A stretch of 64,000 bases of DNA from Bugula neritina (Eukaryota > Animalia > Bryozoa). Position 1 is the first letter of the stretch, and each line of letters opens with the position of its first letter. The position numbers were made by a program, and so were the translations under genes. The DNA is taken from assembly GCA_964035545.1 (NCBI GenBank), contig OZ037767.1, positions 31,202,628 to 31,266,627 on the forward strand, read 5' to 3'. Of the stretch, positions 37,601-54,529 are shown piece after piece. Under the pieces are notes generated by a model. It saw nothing but the letters and a program-made list of their open reading frames with translations, ran no database searches and was not told where the DNA came from.

Positions 37601-40600
37601 AAATAGTTTGTGTAAGAGTTAAGGTGGAGGTGAGAGGTTGTGTAAATGGTGATGACATACTTTGGCTCATTCCTCACAACTATTTCTGGATTTTATGACT
37701 CATTTATCACGGAAATAAATATAAACTCAGAACTGAATTTGCATGCAGCATGGAGCTAAGGAAAAGTAAAATGAATGCAGGTGGGTGAGTGCACTTGCTG
37801 TAAACACGATACAGCAGGTGCTATGTGATTCAGTCACTCATACTTATTATGTTTTTATGATAGGATTAATAAATAATTTATAAATTGTTGCAATCTTTAG
37901 TTGAACCACCATAAGTCTTGAAAAAATCTGTGTTGATTAATTGAGAAATAATATTCTATAACTATTATTCTCTTCCCAAGAGTTGAAGGATTATTATACC
38001 ATGGTCAACAAGATGCATGAGCTAGAATAGCTTCAGGCAAAAAATGATATTTCAAAGGAAGTTTTTATTTCTGTATGCCCAGTTTTTCATCTTAAGAAGT
38101 TGAAGCTCTCTTTGCAAGTCATGGGAAAATATTCTATTTGTGGAGAGCGGTGAATATTTTATGTAAATCTGGTGACTGCTCTACTCAGTTAAATTACAAT
38201 CCCTTTAGCAAGTCACAAGTGTCAATCTCTACAGGCTAACTGTGCTGTGTTGGTCTTACTGCTGGGCTCATTGTGCACACTCCATTGCCATGGTCATAAA
38301 TTATATTCTCACTAAAATTGTGTTTTATCTATTAATAGCCATTGACATGATAGGATCTAGTAATTGTGGAGCCTTTCACAACCTGATTGAAATTCTAAAA
38401 ATTTCACTATCTTGTAGTGGATAAAAATAGCGTGAAATATTTCTAATTATAAAATATAGAAAGGAGCGCCAGATTAGCGTTAAATATTTATTATAATTGC
38501 TGCTATCACGACCTTCATGTGACAACTCCCAGCATACAGTTTTGCATCATTAAAGTTTGAAAATTGCAATAAATCGTCTTATTTCTTCTTAAAACTGACC
38601 AATTCGTAGCCATGTCGCTTATCTGCTACACCCCTTTCCTATTCTATCTGCCTACACCCCTACACATGAAAGGTATTCTCCATAATAATTATGTACATTT
38701 TTATGACTTGTTTAGAATTGGAATGCTGATATTTACAACAAACAAGTTATGTAATGACAAGCATTACCACCCAACATAACCAAACAATATGCATACAACA
38801 ACTTGTACTGTAGAATGTTTTTATTCAATAGCTGCAATCCTGAAGTGTTTTTATAAAATGGGGTGATGCTACACAATGTTACAAATTATCAACTTGCATG
38901 TCAAAGCAAAACTAATATTTGAAATGCAATTTTTGGTGGAGCCACTTAAAATAGTTCAGATGTTGCGCTGAAGAATGCTGCTGTATTTCTTAACCTGACT
39001 ATAGCAAAGCAAAAGATCTACTCTACACTTACACTTAACCTACAGGGTGTTGGTGAAATAACTTACCATTATAATTTTGCCTGAATTAACGGCAAACTTT
39101 TTATTTGATTTCTTCTCGTTGTTTCTTCGTAGAGTGTCCCAGCTGATTTGGGACATCTGTGAGAGAGTATACGGGTCTTTCTGCAATAACAACACAAGTT
39201 TGTATGTTCTCTGCTTTAGCAACTTAGGCTATGCTTGTAGTTTATTTACTCTATGAATATTCATATATTTATTTCTGTTTTATAGCATTGTTTGACATTG
39301 TTTTATATGTTTCTTGTTTTTAATTATAGTCAAGAATATACCGAGATTTTCCATCCCTTTCTTGAAGATGCCCTCAAGTTGTAGCTTTCTGCTTTTTTAA
39401 TGATAGTCAAACTTAGAAGCTAAACTAAATCTGAGAGATCCTAAAATATTTATATTATACTATGCCAATGGGTTTTTAATATTTATTCAATTATTAAACT
39501 CAAAATAGGTGAAAACATTCCTTAATAAAATTTCAGTACTCCATAAGCCTAACATTTGCAATTAATTGCGCATTTATTTTAATTCTCATTGTATTTCAGT
39601 GAGGCTAGGCTGTACATGAGTTTGATTGCTTAAAACTTGACTAAACTGCATGACTGTACTACAATAATTATTATTCAATTAAAATTAAAGTTGATTATAT
39701 TTTAGTTATTAATAATGAAATTTGTAATGAGTATGAAGTGCAAAGTGTTTAGACACACCATACACATACTCATACAACTTGGTGCAAGTGTTGCATCACC
39801 TCATATATTAAAATAATAATCAGTGAAATATTAATGAAAATTAATATAACATCTGCATGAATATATTAATCAGTAGTGGCCATGATATTGCCATCCAAAA
39901 CCTGATTCAGTGTAGTGGTTTAACCAAATAGACTTGGGACCCACTTAACCAAATTTTAACTTAAGCAGAACAGTGGTCATATTTTAGAATGATAATAATA
40001 CAATGATTGATATTATAATACAAAATTAAACATTGTTTCTTTTTATTTCACTTGCTACATTTCAAAACATTTACTGGTTACCATGATATTATAGGTTTTT
40101 ATATACCTTGATTATGCATATCCACATTGTTGTATGACAAAAAAACTAAAGGCATTTAGATCTATAATATATTTAGTTTAAAATGTGTTCTACATTTGCT
40201 GACAATAGGTAACAATAGATCTAGTTGACTTGTAACTCTTTTAGCAGTTTGCCATTATACTGGGCCACTGTATAGCAATTAATTAAATTAATGACAATAA
40301 TTTCCAACTGACATCCTACACTTTAAAACATCTCAACAAAGTGCAAATTATTCTGACCATCATTAAAACTGGGACTTCTGAACATGTGTGTGTAACAACT
40401 ATTGTTGTGTATAATGGATCCTTCAAGTGCTGGCCATAAAGTCTGCATGCAGTCAGTTGGTGCCATTCATTTGATGGATAAGTTGAGAATCGTAACACAC
40501 TTTGCATAACTTCAACACATCAAAACACTCTCAAGTGTGTATTTATGTTTAGTAGACCGCAGCAAACTCGGCCCCAAGTGTCTACACACGACTACAAAGC

Positions 40601-43600
40601 TCTTATCGAATAATTTAAACCAAGAAAAAGTGAAACAAATTTCTAGACCACCGAAGTAATTTCCTTTTTCAAGTTGACTGTTACCATAAATCTATGCTTT
40701 GAATACGCAAGTCAATAGATGGGCTGGAGGAAGTCACCAACACTGAATTAATATTACTAGTAGCTGTATTCTACCATCACTTTTCATAACAGAACATTGA
40801 TCGATTTTAACCAACTATATTTGAAATTATCATTTTATTAGCTAATTAAAAGTATAAGTAGAAAGTTGTATTAAAGTTTACTCATTTCTTATGATATAAT
40901 TAATAATTTTATTATAAAATTGGTTCAAGCTGGTCCAACATTTTTTCTATCTTAATTAAATATTTTCTATACGGCATTACAATGCTGCTGCAGTATCACA
41001 CTTTACTTTTACAATACACACTACGTACTGCTACAATACACACTACTGCTACAACACACACTACTGCTACAATACACACTACTGCTACAATACACACACT
41101 ACTGCTACAATACACACTACTGCTACAATACACACTACTGCTACAAGACACACTACTGCTACAAGACACACTACTGCTACAAGACACACTATTGCTACAA
41201 GACACACTATTGTTACAGCATCACACACTGCTTTTACAACACCTTCTTGCCTCAAAATATTTTGGATAATTTTGAGTAATTAATCTACTTCAGATTTTGA
41301 AATGTTGACAAAGTTGCATTAATCTTCATTCTTTCACTAATTTATCTCAACTGGATGTTTGCAGAGTCCACAAGAGTGTAATGTTTGCCCTTTAATCCTT
41401 TTGTTTTTCCTGCCCTCTTGTGAAACCAAAGCTATTTATAACAGGAATGGATGGTGTAAAAGAGGTGGAGAAATGGGGGCAGTGCTTATGCTACCACTCC
41501 CTCAAATTCGAACTGGGCTTTGTTTCCAAATTGCAAAATAACATTTTGCAATTACATAATATAAGGAATCCATCTTTTTCACACCCTTGTTAGTACTGAC
41601 CCTTGATGTGTAGGTCACATTCTATGGGGATTATTAGTAATGTCAAGGAGGGAACCCCCACCCCCCCCCTGTCTTCACTACTTCATAAGCTCTTGAGCTA
41701 GCAACATCTCAGAGACAGAAATATAATCAAAGTATTATCTAAACTTTAAACTATTATAAGTTTTTACAAACTAGATATTATGGCTTCAAATAGTTTAATA
41801 TGTTCACTGCCATCCATGGTGTCAATTCAGTATTTACTTCAGGCTGAATATAATTAGAAGTTATCTACCATATTGGATACTTTTTAGCGCTGTTGGTTTA
41901 TTTTAAGAATGGCCCCAAGCAGTGTTAACGGAATTAGTAACACAATTATCTTTAGAATTGGTATTTTCTCTGCACATAGCTGGAAGCAGCAATTGAGATG
42001 TTGAATGTCATAGACTGGGGTAGAGACAGCATACAATTAGCACAAATGTTAGAGCTTATAACGTAATTATGCTATGGGCAGAGTGGCGCTGACAAAGCCT
42101 TGTGTCTACACTGACTGGGGATAAGAGAAGCTATGACAGGATATATGACTGTGTAAATTAGTTATTAACACCGAGTGGATTCTAGCATCAAGGGTTATTT
42201 ATGTAATGAATAATTAGATATATTATGTGAATTACTAGGATTTGCTCCCCCCTCCGTCTCTATTTGTCTAGACTTTAGACTGAGTTTTATGTAAATAACT
42301 CTTTAACTCAGTTGAGCTGTCAGGCAGCAGCCTGAACTGCAAGCTCTATACTTAAAATAATCGTATAAATATTCCACAAACTTATTCAACGACAGATATC
42401 GCGATGTTAGTTGCTTGCAATAGTTTTTGTTTAGAACATTGTATGTAAAAACAAAGTTTGTTTAATAAAATTAAAATATCCGTTGCATTTTAAGAGAAAT
42501 AAATTGTTATAAGCTTTAAATAAGTTTTTTCAATGTGTAGCATTTGCATTGCATTAGCTAAATATTTACTTTAACTTTAGCTAAGACCAGTAATGTCATT
42601 CACAGCTCATCCTTAGAATAATGGATACAAGATTAAAACAAGATCATAGAGAGCAGCTGGACTGATGCTTTCAGCACATCTTAAGACGGTTTAGAAAGAC
42701 TTTTTCCAACTGGAAGCATTTAAGGTGACATTTTCAATTAAGATGCTTTGAATAAATCTGAAGAAAATAGTCTCAAATCCCCTCAACTGTGGTTTGTCTA
42801 AGAGATGTGCATTCAACAGGTATTATGTAAACCTATTACCTTCCAATCAATGTAGTTGTAATCTATTAAACCTGGCCAATTTATTAGACTTAATTCCAAA
42901 TAATACTAATTACCATGAGCTTGAAGCTATTTCAATCATAACTCACACCTGTTCGCATAGAACACCTGTGTGCTTTATCTATTCTTTACTACCTTATCCC
43001 ATCTGCTGTGGTGGTTGTGCTCAAAATGTTTTAAATTCTTCTTGAAGCTTTAGTTTTACTTTATAGAGGTGTTTTAATTGGCAATTCACAAAGACTTGAA
43101 TATTGTTTTCATTACAAATAGAATTGAATTACATCCCCTGCTGAATGGATATTTTATTGTTACGCAAAAAAGGGGTGACTTTTAGACTCTAAAAATGCTT
43201 TTAAATGATCATATATGTAAAAACTGTGAAATTTATACTTTTGGTGTCAATTTGCTAAAATAATCAAAATAGTATTTTTGAAACTTCAAAGATGCATTTA
43301 CGAAATAAGCTGCAATTTTGATCAGTTTTACTGAATATAAAATGGTTCAATTTAATGCCACATCCTTATTGCACTTACGGTTGTTAACTATAAGGATATA
43401 TTCCTACAATATGTACTGCCAACTATGATCACTTAAGTCCGCAGTTAATCATAAGCTTTCCAATGACAAAGCGTGAAATGGCAGGACATCTTAAACATGT
43501 TCAGAGTTTACCAACTTTTCTCTCGCATATTCTTATAAGAAACTTCAAACAACTTTGGTAGTCTGTTTTGTTATTCACATAAAAGTCCCAAATATTGGCA

Positions 43601-43842
43601 GACAAAGTACTTACTGGTAAAAGAGGAAGATCGACATCTTCGTCAACCTGGTTGTTGTATATATCATTTTGAGGCATATCCAATAAAGAGTTCATTGGTG
43701 TAGCAGACGTACTATCCTCTTTGGTAGTTTGCACTGTCGTTTTTGAGTCATGTTTTGCTGTTGTGCCAGAGCTAACCGTGTTTAGTTTATATACCAGAAT
43801 ACATAATAAAGTAACCAAGTATTGGTGTGATGTCCATTCCAT
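34605..43842 (-). CDS. Secreted C1q/TNF-related protein of the adipolin (C1QTNF12)/erythroferrone (FAM132) family, ~345 aa
   Basis: Exons 43615-43842 (signal peptide), 39067-39180, 37268-37393 (short collagen RGPAGPRGPPGAVMTKEDIAREFKKMIKEA), 36771-36944, 35538-35740 (LLRG...GKFRVDKTGIYQF...VAICPNGEC), 34885-34978 (RYFTVQL), 34605-34703 (EYVSIKVTN...TGSIFTGVML). All phases are consistent and the architecture matches FAM132A/B. Confidence 0.88.
40985..41240. repeat. 18-20-bp minisatellite (acactactgctacaatac), ~12 copies, mid-intron
   Basis: Directly visible. Confidence 0.92.
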
Positions 43843-45181
43843 AGTTAGATATGTTAGTATAAGTTCCTTGAAGCAGACTCTGAAAGTAGAAATGGTAGGA
43901 TCGCTCTCCGATAAAAGATTATGTTACAAGCAGTCGAACCGAGACTGGTATCGAAAGTGTATTCTCTCTAAATTTAAGTTGATATTCAAAGCAATTAATA
44001 TTACAATGTGCAAAGATGCATTGCTAAAGCTGGCTTATATACAGGAGAGATTAGCCAATCACGTGTGAGCATGAAATGACACTTGGAGTGTAAACAAAAG
44101 CCGTTACAAAGGAGGGATAATTGTTACATTTACTCGTTACGTAGACCCAGTCACCAAAATAGATTTTTCCAAAAGTATAGTGTATTTAAAAAACCGTTAT
44201 TTAGATTTATGTAATTTCTGCTGCAGCAACTTTATTTGCTACTGTTTTGGGTTACATAGTTATTACCTTTATAACGTAATGTAATTATTATATTATATTG
44301 ATTGTGTGCGCTGTGTGTGTGCAGCCTGTGTAATATTATAATGCGATTTAATTTTGATTATATTATAGTATATGCATATTATATTAATAAATTATCAAAG
44401 AAATTGACTGTTTGATTATCTCAATTTTTAAAGTGGTCCATTTTCACGGCTCATCTATTGCTATGCCAAATGTGAAATTGTGAGGAGAGACTAAGAGGTA
44501 GAGGAAGGCAGACTTGAGGAGGAGACAGAAAGGTGGCTAATGAAAAGCGGGCACCATGACAATGTACTATATTAGCATGATTTGAGAGTCTGCCTGACAA
44601 CTAGCTACTGCTCCGTGGGATTATCTGATCCCAGAGTGGGACAATGGCTCATTTATCAATCAGAGAATAGACTGTGAGACTGCAAGGCAAATTAGGTACG
44701 TAGAGTTATCACAGTGACATCAAAACTACATAATGTGTATGTGTAGCTGGCTAGTGCAGCTAATCTAGCAAATTCATCATAGTTGCCACTTTATCACTTC
44801 TAGTTTACCGCCAATACCAAACCCGCTCCCTAATTTCAGAGTTTGAGTATAAATTAAAGTGGTGTAGTTTCATGAGAAACTCTCAATCTGTTGAATTAAA
44901 CTCAATCTCTGAAATCATTATGTCATTATAGCTAGTATCTATTTGCTAATGTTATGCACGTGATGAAAATCTTAACTTTGGTTTTGAATAAACAAGTTTT
45001 GCAATTCAAATTTTATTTATTTCAAAGTTTCTGCCACAGTTTTAAAATTTTTCCCATTGATTTGCTGATAGATGTGTTTTTGTAAACATACTTGTTGAAT
45101 AAAATCGTTTTTAGACAACAAATTAAATAATTCTAAAAGTTTTGCAAGTTGTAAAACACTTCTAGTTTCTCAAAAGACAGT

Positions 45182-45258
45182 GGGCCAGCTCAGCTAACAT
45201 TGGCAGGGCCAGTTTAACTAACACTGGCCGGGCTAATCCAGCCAACACTTACCAGGCT
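45182..45258. repeat. Degenerate ~24-bp repeat (gggccagctcagctaacattggca), 3 copies, intergenic
   Basis: Visible but diverged. Confidence 0.55.
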
Positions 45259-48200
45259 CTCTCAGACCACCAAAAATGCTCAAAAATAAATTAACTATAC
45301 GTTTTTATATTTAGCGGCACAAAGCCTACATATAGCAAGTATCCTATCACAAGCAAGCCATACCAATGGCCCAGCCAGTTATTGAATATACTCACTAGCC
45401 AGGAGAGGCTCAGGTTTTACGCAATAGTCATTAGCAAGTGCAAGACAAGAAATAACACGGTGTAAACAGACGATGGTGTGGTCATAACAAACAAAGTGCC
45501 AGCTTCTTTTCATAAGTAGAGTTAACATTTAAATTATGTGGTTGATAGAAAAAGGTGGCGGCCTAAGAAGTTTTACAATGTTTACAATTAATTAACACTC
45601 GGGTGGTGCTAAAGTATCAATATATCTTGTAATGAGATGCTAAGTGTAGCCAGCAGTGTTTAACAAAGGTCAGTTTTCACATTGGAATAGTAGTCAAAAG
45701 GAGCCTCATGAGATACGCCTGTAGACCAGTAGGCGGTAATGTTTAAATATTGTTTATTGGATTTGAAAGAAGGTGTAGTCTGAGCACTGTAGCTAGCAGG
45801 GAGACTTTGCTATGTCTGCATCAGACTTCTTCATATAAAATGAACTTTTTATACTATTTTGAAATATAAAATAGTGTTTTTGAAATACCATATAACGTTA
45901 AATTAAAGGAAAATATAAACATAGTTATCAGTTTTTATAGGAAATTTAGCAAAACAGTTTTATAGAAGAGATGTCATATTTTTAGATTTCTGAAATATTT
46001 TTGTGTATCACTTTTTCTGTGACCGGAATATTGAGTTAGGGTTGCATGATTTTGATTACCTTATTTGAACTTGTTATAGACTCAAAAACCTTTAAGCTAC
46101 ATTATAGTAAAACTGCAGAAAATGGCATTGTGTATGCACATCTGTAAAACTAAATGCAGCAAAAGATGTGAAATAATTCTTTATATACAGGGCAATCTTA
46201 CAGTCCGCATTATAAATATTGCTTTAAGATACGACTAATTTTTGTTTTTGATTTGGGAATTTTGTTAATGCAAAAAGGTTTTCTTGTGAATAAAAGTTTA
46301 TGAAAATGTGAAATACTGCTTTTTGCTGTGTTATATAACTAATATATAACAGCATAGGCAACATATTCATGTAATATGCTATATATATATAAGTCATAGA
46401 AGATTAAAAGCTCTTGCATGTATGTGAAAAATTAATCTAAGCTTAAGATTTTACAGGAAGGCTTAAGCAAGTATTGTTTTTGCAAATTCAAACTTCTCCC
46501 GTAACCAGATATGTTTATTTAGTGGCTAAAAGCACATGTGGAAAAATGTCATTCAAAAATTTATGCTGTGCAATTATAATTGACAACCTCAAGCGCATTC
46601 CTTCGAATGAATGGAAGGTACAAGTATGAATTAACAAAATGGAATAATATTTTTATAATCATGCCCAACCATTTCAATTTATGCATTCATATATATGCAC
46701 AGTATGTGCGACAATAGAGAATAAAATTGAATAAGACAATATAATATTAAATAGTATAACTGATCAATGATTATGTTGTTACACCTGCATGGAGAATATA
46801 ATAAACCAAGTATAGTAGAAAGCGTGTGAAATTCTATATCCTCAAGACCTCTGGGGTAGGCAATATTTTGAATAGAATGAAAATCTGAGCAAGTCAGCTT
46901 TGAACAATGATTGGCAGTTATTGTGGAAGTTTAGGGCAGCAAATAGTTGATATTGTAAGTTGTATAGTATAGTATAGTATAGCTGCATACAGTTTTTAGT
47001 TGAACTACAAACCAAATTTAGAAAAGCTTTGATTTTCTAAAATATAACACTTTTGAAAAGTATATTTTAGCCCTGACTTTGCCGAATATTATATGTTAGC
47101 AAAACTACGTGCCCAAAAGCTGCTCAGAAGATCGCTCAGTCACGTGACTAATAACATAACATAATAGCACGTTAAGAGAATAGCTTATTCTATAAATAGT
47201 AGCAGTTAGATAATAGTTAACTGTCACAAGAAGTACAATACTACTAAAGCACACACACAGAGTATAAATCAGCATATTACCAATTAGTATCAGTTTGTAA
47301 ACTGTAGATAAGAATGAAAAATTTGCAATATGGAAATGATTTAAATGCAAGCATAGATTAAATGATATTGTAAAAATTCCAACTCTATTATGAGGAGATA
47401 ACTCAGAATAACTAAAGAAAAATAGGTAAAATGATAGCAAATAGAAACAAGCTTTCATACCAAATACATAAATTAAGGTCAATTATTTACCTTAACATCA
47501 ACATTTATTGAATAAAACATCAACAAAGTGTATTATTTTGTGTAAATCCTATTTTTATTCTAGAGATTCTTTCTTAAGAACGTTGCTAATGCGGTGAGCA
47601 CAGTATAAGTACAGTATCTATGCCCACACAACACAGTAAACTATATGTGGTACAACAACCCAAAGGATGTAATGATTTCTCCACTGACTGCAGCAAGGCA
47701 GTGCTTAAAATAACCATTACAGCTGAGTGTGGATTCCTAAGTACTCTGCTTTTACGGTGGTTGTAGAGCAAACAGATTGGCTAATGTAAACGTGACGCTG
47801 AGTTGAGAAGAGTTATAGCAGTATCACATGTGGTGAGCACACTCCCACTCTTAAGTAGCTCTCCCCACCACCGGTTATAGGGTGTTGGCAAGTCACTTGA
47901 GGAAAGCCACATTTACCAACGTGACACTTATAGCAGTAACACTGCAGTGTAAATTTAGATGCTATCTGCTAAGTTTTAAAGTAACAGCTGCAGTATTGTT
48001 TCATTATCAAGTAATAAAATAATAAAATGATCACATGATGTTAGCAATATGTCACATAACATGAGCTACTATAGTTTCTATAATTGTTTTTCTCAATTAT
48101 TGAATCTGAAAGAAGCAAAGAAATAAATAATTTGAAGCACTAAATAAATTGCATACCTAACAAGTACACAATAGCAATATATAATATTATACAAGTATGC

Positions 48201-51200
48201 ATTGCGGGTATATTATAGGAGTATATAATCAAAGTATATATGCAAAAATTAATTTACACACCAACTATGCATATAACAATTTAGCAGTTACATGACTTGG
48301 CATACAACTTTTTGTAAAAGTATTGCAGTGTTTGCTTCTGAGTCATCCAGACCTTTGTGTTGGTCTCTCAACAATCATGCAAAATCAAACTAAAATGATA
48401 TTTTGAGTTATTGCAACTTAAGATACTTCAAATAGAGGGACTTTGCTCGCATGTGACACGTTTGTGTTTTCACATGTCAGGAGGTTGTGAAGTAACGACT
48501 TAGAGGCGTGGAGTGCTTAGTTTAGAGTAATTCATCGGTATATATAAATAGCTTCTAGAATTTCACTCTCTGTTGGGTCAATTGTAAAGAGATGACAGGA
48601 TCGCAACAAAAGAATCTCCCCCATAGACTAGCTTTTACTCCTACACAATGCATGATTACCAAAATATCATACTCACAAATTTTGTATCAAATTCCTTTCA
48701 TTTCAACAGAATATTGATAAGTATTGTGAGTAGTATTGTTAATTAGTTAAAGAACTGCATAGTTTCGTATATACCTTTTTGTTATTTAGTAGGGGTGGCC
48801 CAGCATTTTCACTAGATTTGTGACTTTGAGACTTTATGGTTTATTCTAATTTTGTATTATGTTTCATATATGGCAGCAATTTAAGAATAATGTTGCTTTT
48901 TTTAAATTAATGCAATTTAAACAATTTTTACAAAGAATTAATAGTGCCGGTTTTCAAAATTATAGACAAATATTAATTGATTAAATATGATTTCAAGATA
49001 ATTGCTGATATTATCATATGCCCCCCCCCCCCCCCCCCATTAAAATACTCAAGTTGTATAGCTATATAGAAGGAAAACACATTCAATAATTGTAATATTG
49101 CAAAAGAGAAGAAAACACAAATTCTACTTCCAATATATACTATACATTGTGGTCGAAATTTAGAGAACCCAAAAGTTAGAAATTAACCCTTCTGCTATCT
49201 ATTTTTTCGCATTTAATATGTCTACCGCTTATTGGGTGTGTATGTTTATGTTGTTAAAGAGGCTTTTAAAATAGTTCATGCATACAAAAGGCAATAAATA
49301 TTTAAGTGCACCAACTAATATATTTATTTATAGCAAATAATTTGCATTATACATGTAATAATAATGTGTGTGCTGGTTTTTGCTAATAGCCTACATGCAG
49401 TGTTTTAAAAGCTGTTAATTTATAACATATTGCAGTCTGTAATGTACAATAATAAATACAATATAATATATTGTATTTATTATAATATGATGCAATATAA
49501 TGCATGATAATATAATACAATACATAATACAAAACATTATAATATAATGTACAATCTTATAACACATCACAACGTATTACAATTTATAGTTTACAATAAT
49601 ACAATATACAAATTTATTGCTGCTATTATTCAATAAAAATAATTATTTGTTTTAGCAGCTTGATAGATCATGTATCATTGCCTGCAGGAATAAAAAATAA
49701 AATATAATAGAGTTATTTTATAATTAACTCATTACAATTTAGAGATATTGTAAGGTTTTCAGAGTTTAATTTAGGCTACAGGCCCATATAACAATAGAGC
49801 ACTTCAAAAGCTTATGTCAACGCAATGAGTAGGTTTTTTTGCAAGTTCTAGTATTAATTATACAATGTAAATTAGATGCAATTTGCTAGCTTGTAACATG
49901 TATAGATAACATAGCCAACGGGAATTGACGAATTTTGGCCACCAAGAACCTCTATAATTGGTTGAATACAGGAAGTGATTCTTTCACACACCTGCTGTTG
50001 AATGACATGCTCATTGCCTCTTTCCACCTGTTAACATATTTGGGCATTAATCCATATAAATGACAAGAGTAATAGTTTAGTAGTATTACAATAATATAAA
50101 AATATTCAATTATGTAGCCACAGTATTCTTATATAGTAGATATACCTGTAATGGTGTGACTCAGATCATGATTTATTATGTTTAGTTTAGACACGTGTTT
50201 TGACAGTTTTTCAAAAATTATATTGCATTTGATTTCAATTTCAAAAGATTTAACAATATATGTAAATATATGTAAATGTAAACATAACTTGAAATAGTGA
50301 TTAATTATATTCGCTATTTAACACCTTTTTTCTGCCATTCTATAACTACGATTTTTGGACTTCAAATTAAACTATGTCATTTGAAACAGCAACAAAAATC
50401 CTTTATCAATAAAATAATATTATATTAAATATTTAGTTATAGCACAGTTTGTAATGCGGAGTGTTATATATTCTTTTAATTGATTCAAGTTTTCTCATAT
50501 TTAAGTATTAAGTTTGACAGATTTAATGGATTAGTGTTACATAGCAATAATAATTGTCACATAATATCTCATGAGTTTAATCTCCAGGTGTTGCTGATCA
50601 TTGCAGAGCTACTTCTGATGATACAGAGGAATATAATGCAGCCAATCACCGATGCTATAATTTATTAATCATCAACTGTCAAATATTTGTAAGCTGCAGG
50701 GATATAAAATATACTTAACATTTGTCTTTGGAATACTCTAGATTATCGAGTTTATATTTTTTAACACAAATATTCACAAATTATTGATGCACTGTTGATA
50801 TAAGGTTGGATTGTTTAAATTTGAGGCTAAGGCTTTTATATTAGCTATATAACAAATTTATTATATTATTGGTATAAAGTATTACCCTAATATTGATTTG
50901 AGTGATTTGATGTACGAATGCCATCTTTCAGTGGTTTTTCAATAATTACATTTATCTGTAAGAATTGATCTTCACACAACACAGCTTTTTTAAATACTAA
51001 AAAAGTTGATATTGCATCAAATTAGAGCTATGAAGACTTATCGAATACAACTCCCCACTCACTAAATGCTAGCACATTGACAGACGCCATGGTGATACAA
51101 CCTACATATAAGCTAACTTAAATGAAGAAAATTTCAACAATTTTATAAAAGGGCATTAGGTTAGTTTATTTATAAAAAAAGAGATACTATAAAGATATTC

Positions 51201-51594
51201 GAGAATCTAAATTTGATAGCAAAAATTGTATTGCAACACTTGAGTAAAAAAATAGGTCCTTCAATATTTACACCCGATTCAGAGATTGCTATAAGAGAAG
51301 AAGAAAAAGAGAGAGTAGCAGGATTGAGTGACTCACATAACTCTCACAGTGATGTTTAAAATCAAGGCAGTCACTACGTATCGGATTTCTGGGATAAACA
51401 ATTGTTCATTGCTTTACTTGAGTTTATAACCATCACTGGTTCTTTAGAGTAACTGACTTATATTATGACACTGTTATGTCAGGCATTGTTTAGTATATTG
51501 TCTCCCCTGACTATGTCACCTACTCCACTCCAAGAACTGATTAGAGTCATCCCCCCACCAGATATCTGTCTAGTCTACTATAAGGGGAGGGGGG

Positions 51595-54137
<2,543 letters not shown>

Positions 54138-54444
54138 TGCTAACGCTGACTCAGATCGTCTCAGTTTCTGTATAAAATATTTTAATTTGTAATTCTATAA
54201 AGTTCTACAACGTATATTGTAAGTATAGAGTGCTTTATATAGTTTCTGCATCAAACTATAGTTTGATTTTATAATGCAATGAAATTATATGTTTAATTTG
54301 TAATGTTAAAGGGCTTGTATTAAATTATTAAAATTAAACTATTAATAATGCCAATAGATTGATGTTTCTTGACATTATAAAATGGAAATTTATCAAAAGG
54401 AATTAATTTTACAGTATACATCCCAAGTAAAATGTTTACGTTTT

Positions 54445-54529
54445 ACTCTGAAAATTTATATTGTTGTCACACAAACAGTTGCTAAATTATAACAACTGTT
54501 TGTGTGACAACAATATAAATTTTCAGAGT
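54445..54529. other. Perfect inverted repeat (37-bp arms, 11-nt loop)
   Basis: actctgaaaatttatattgttgtcacacaaacagttg-ctaaattataa-caactgtttgtgtgacaacaatataaattttcagagt. Confidence 0.92.

Noticed and set aside
44100-51500. Short ORFs in the long intergenic region
   Set aside because: No recognisable motifs or phase-consistent exon chains; AT-rich noise.
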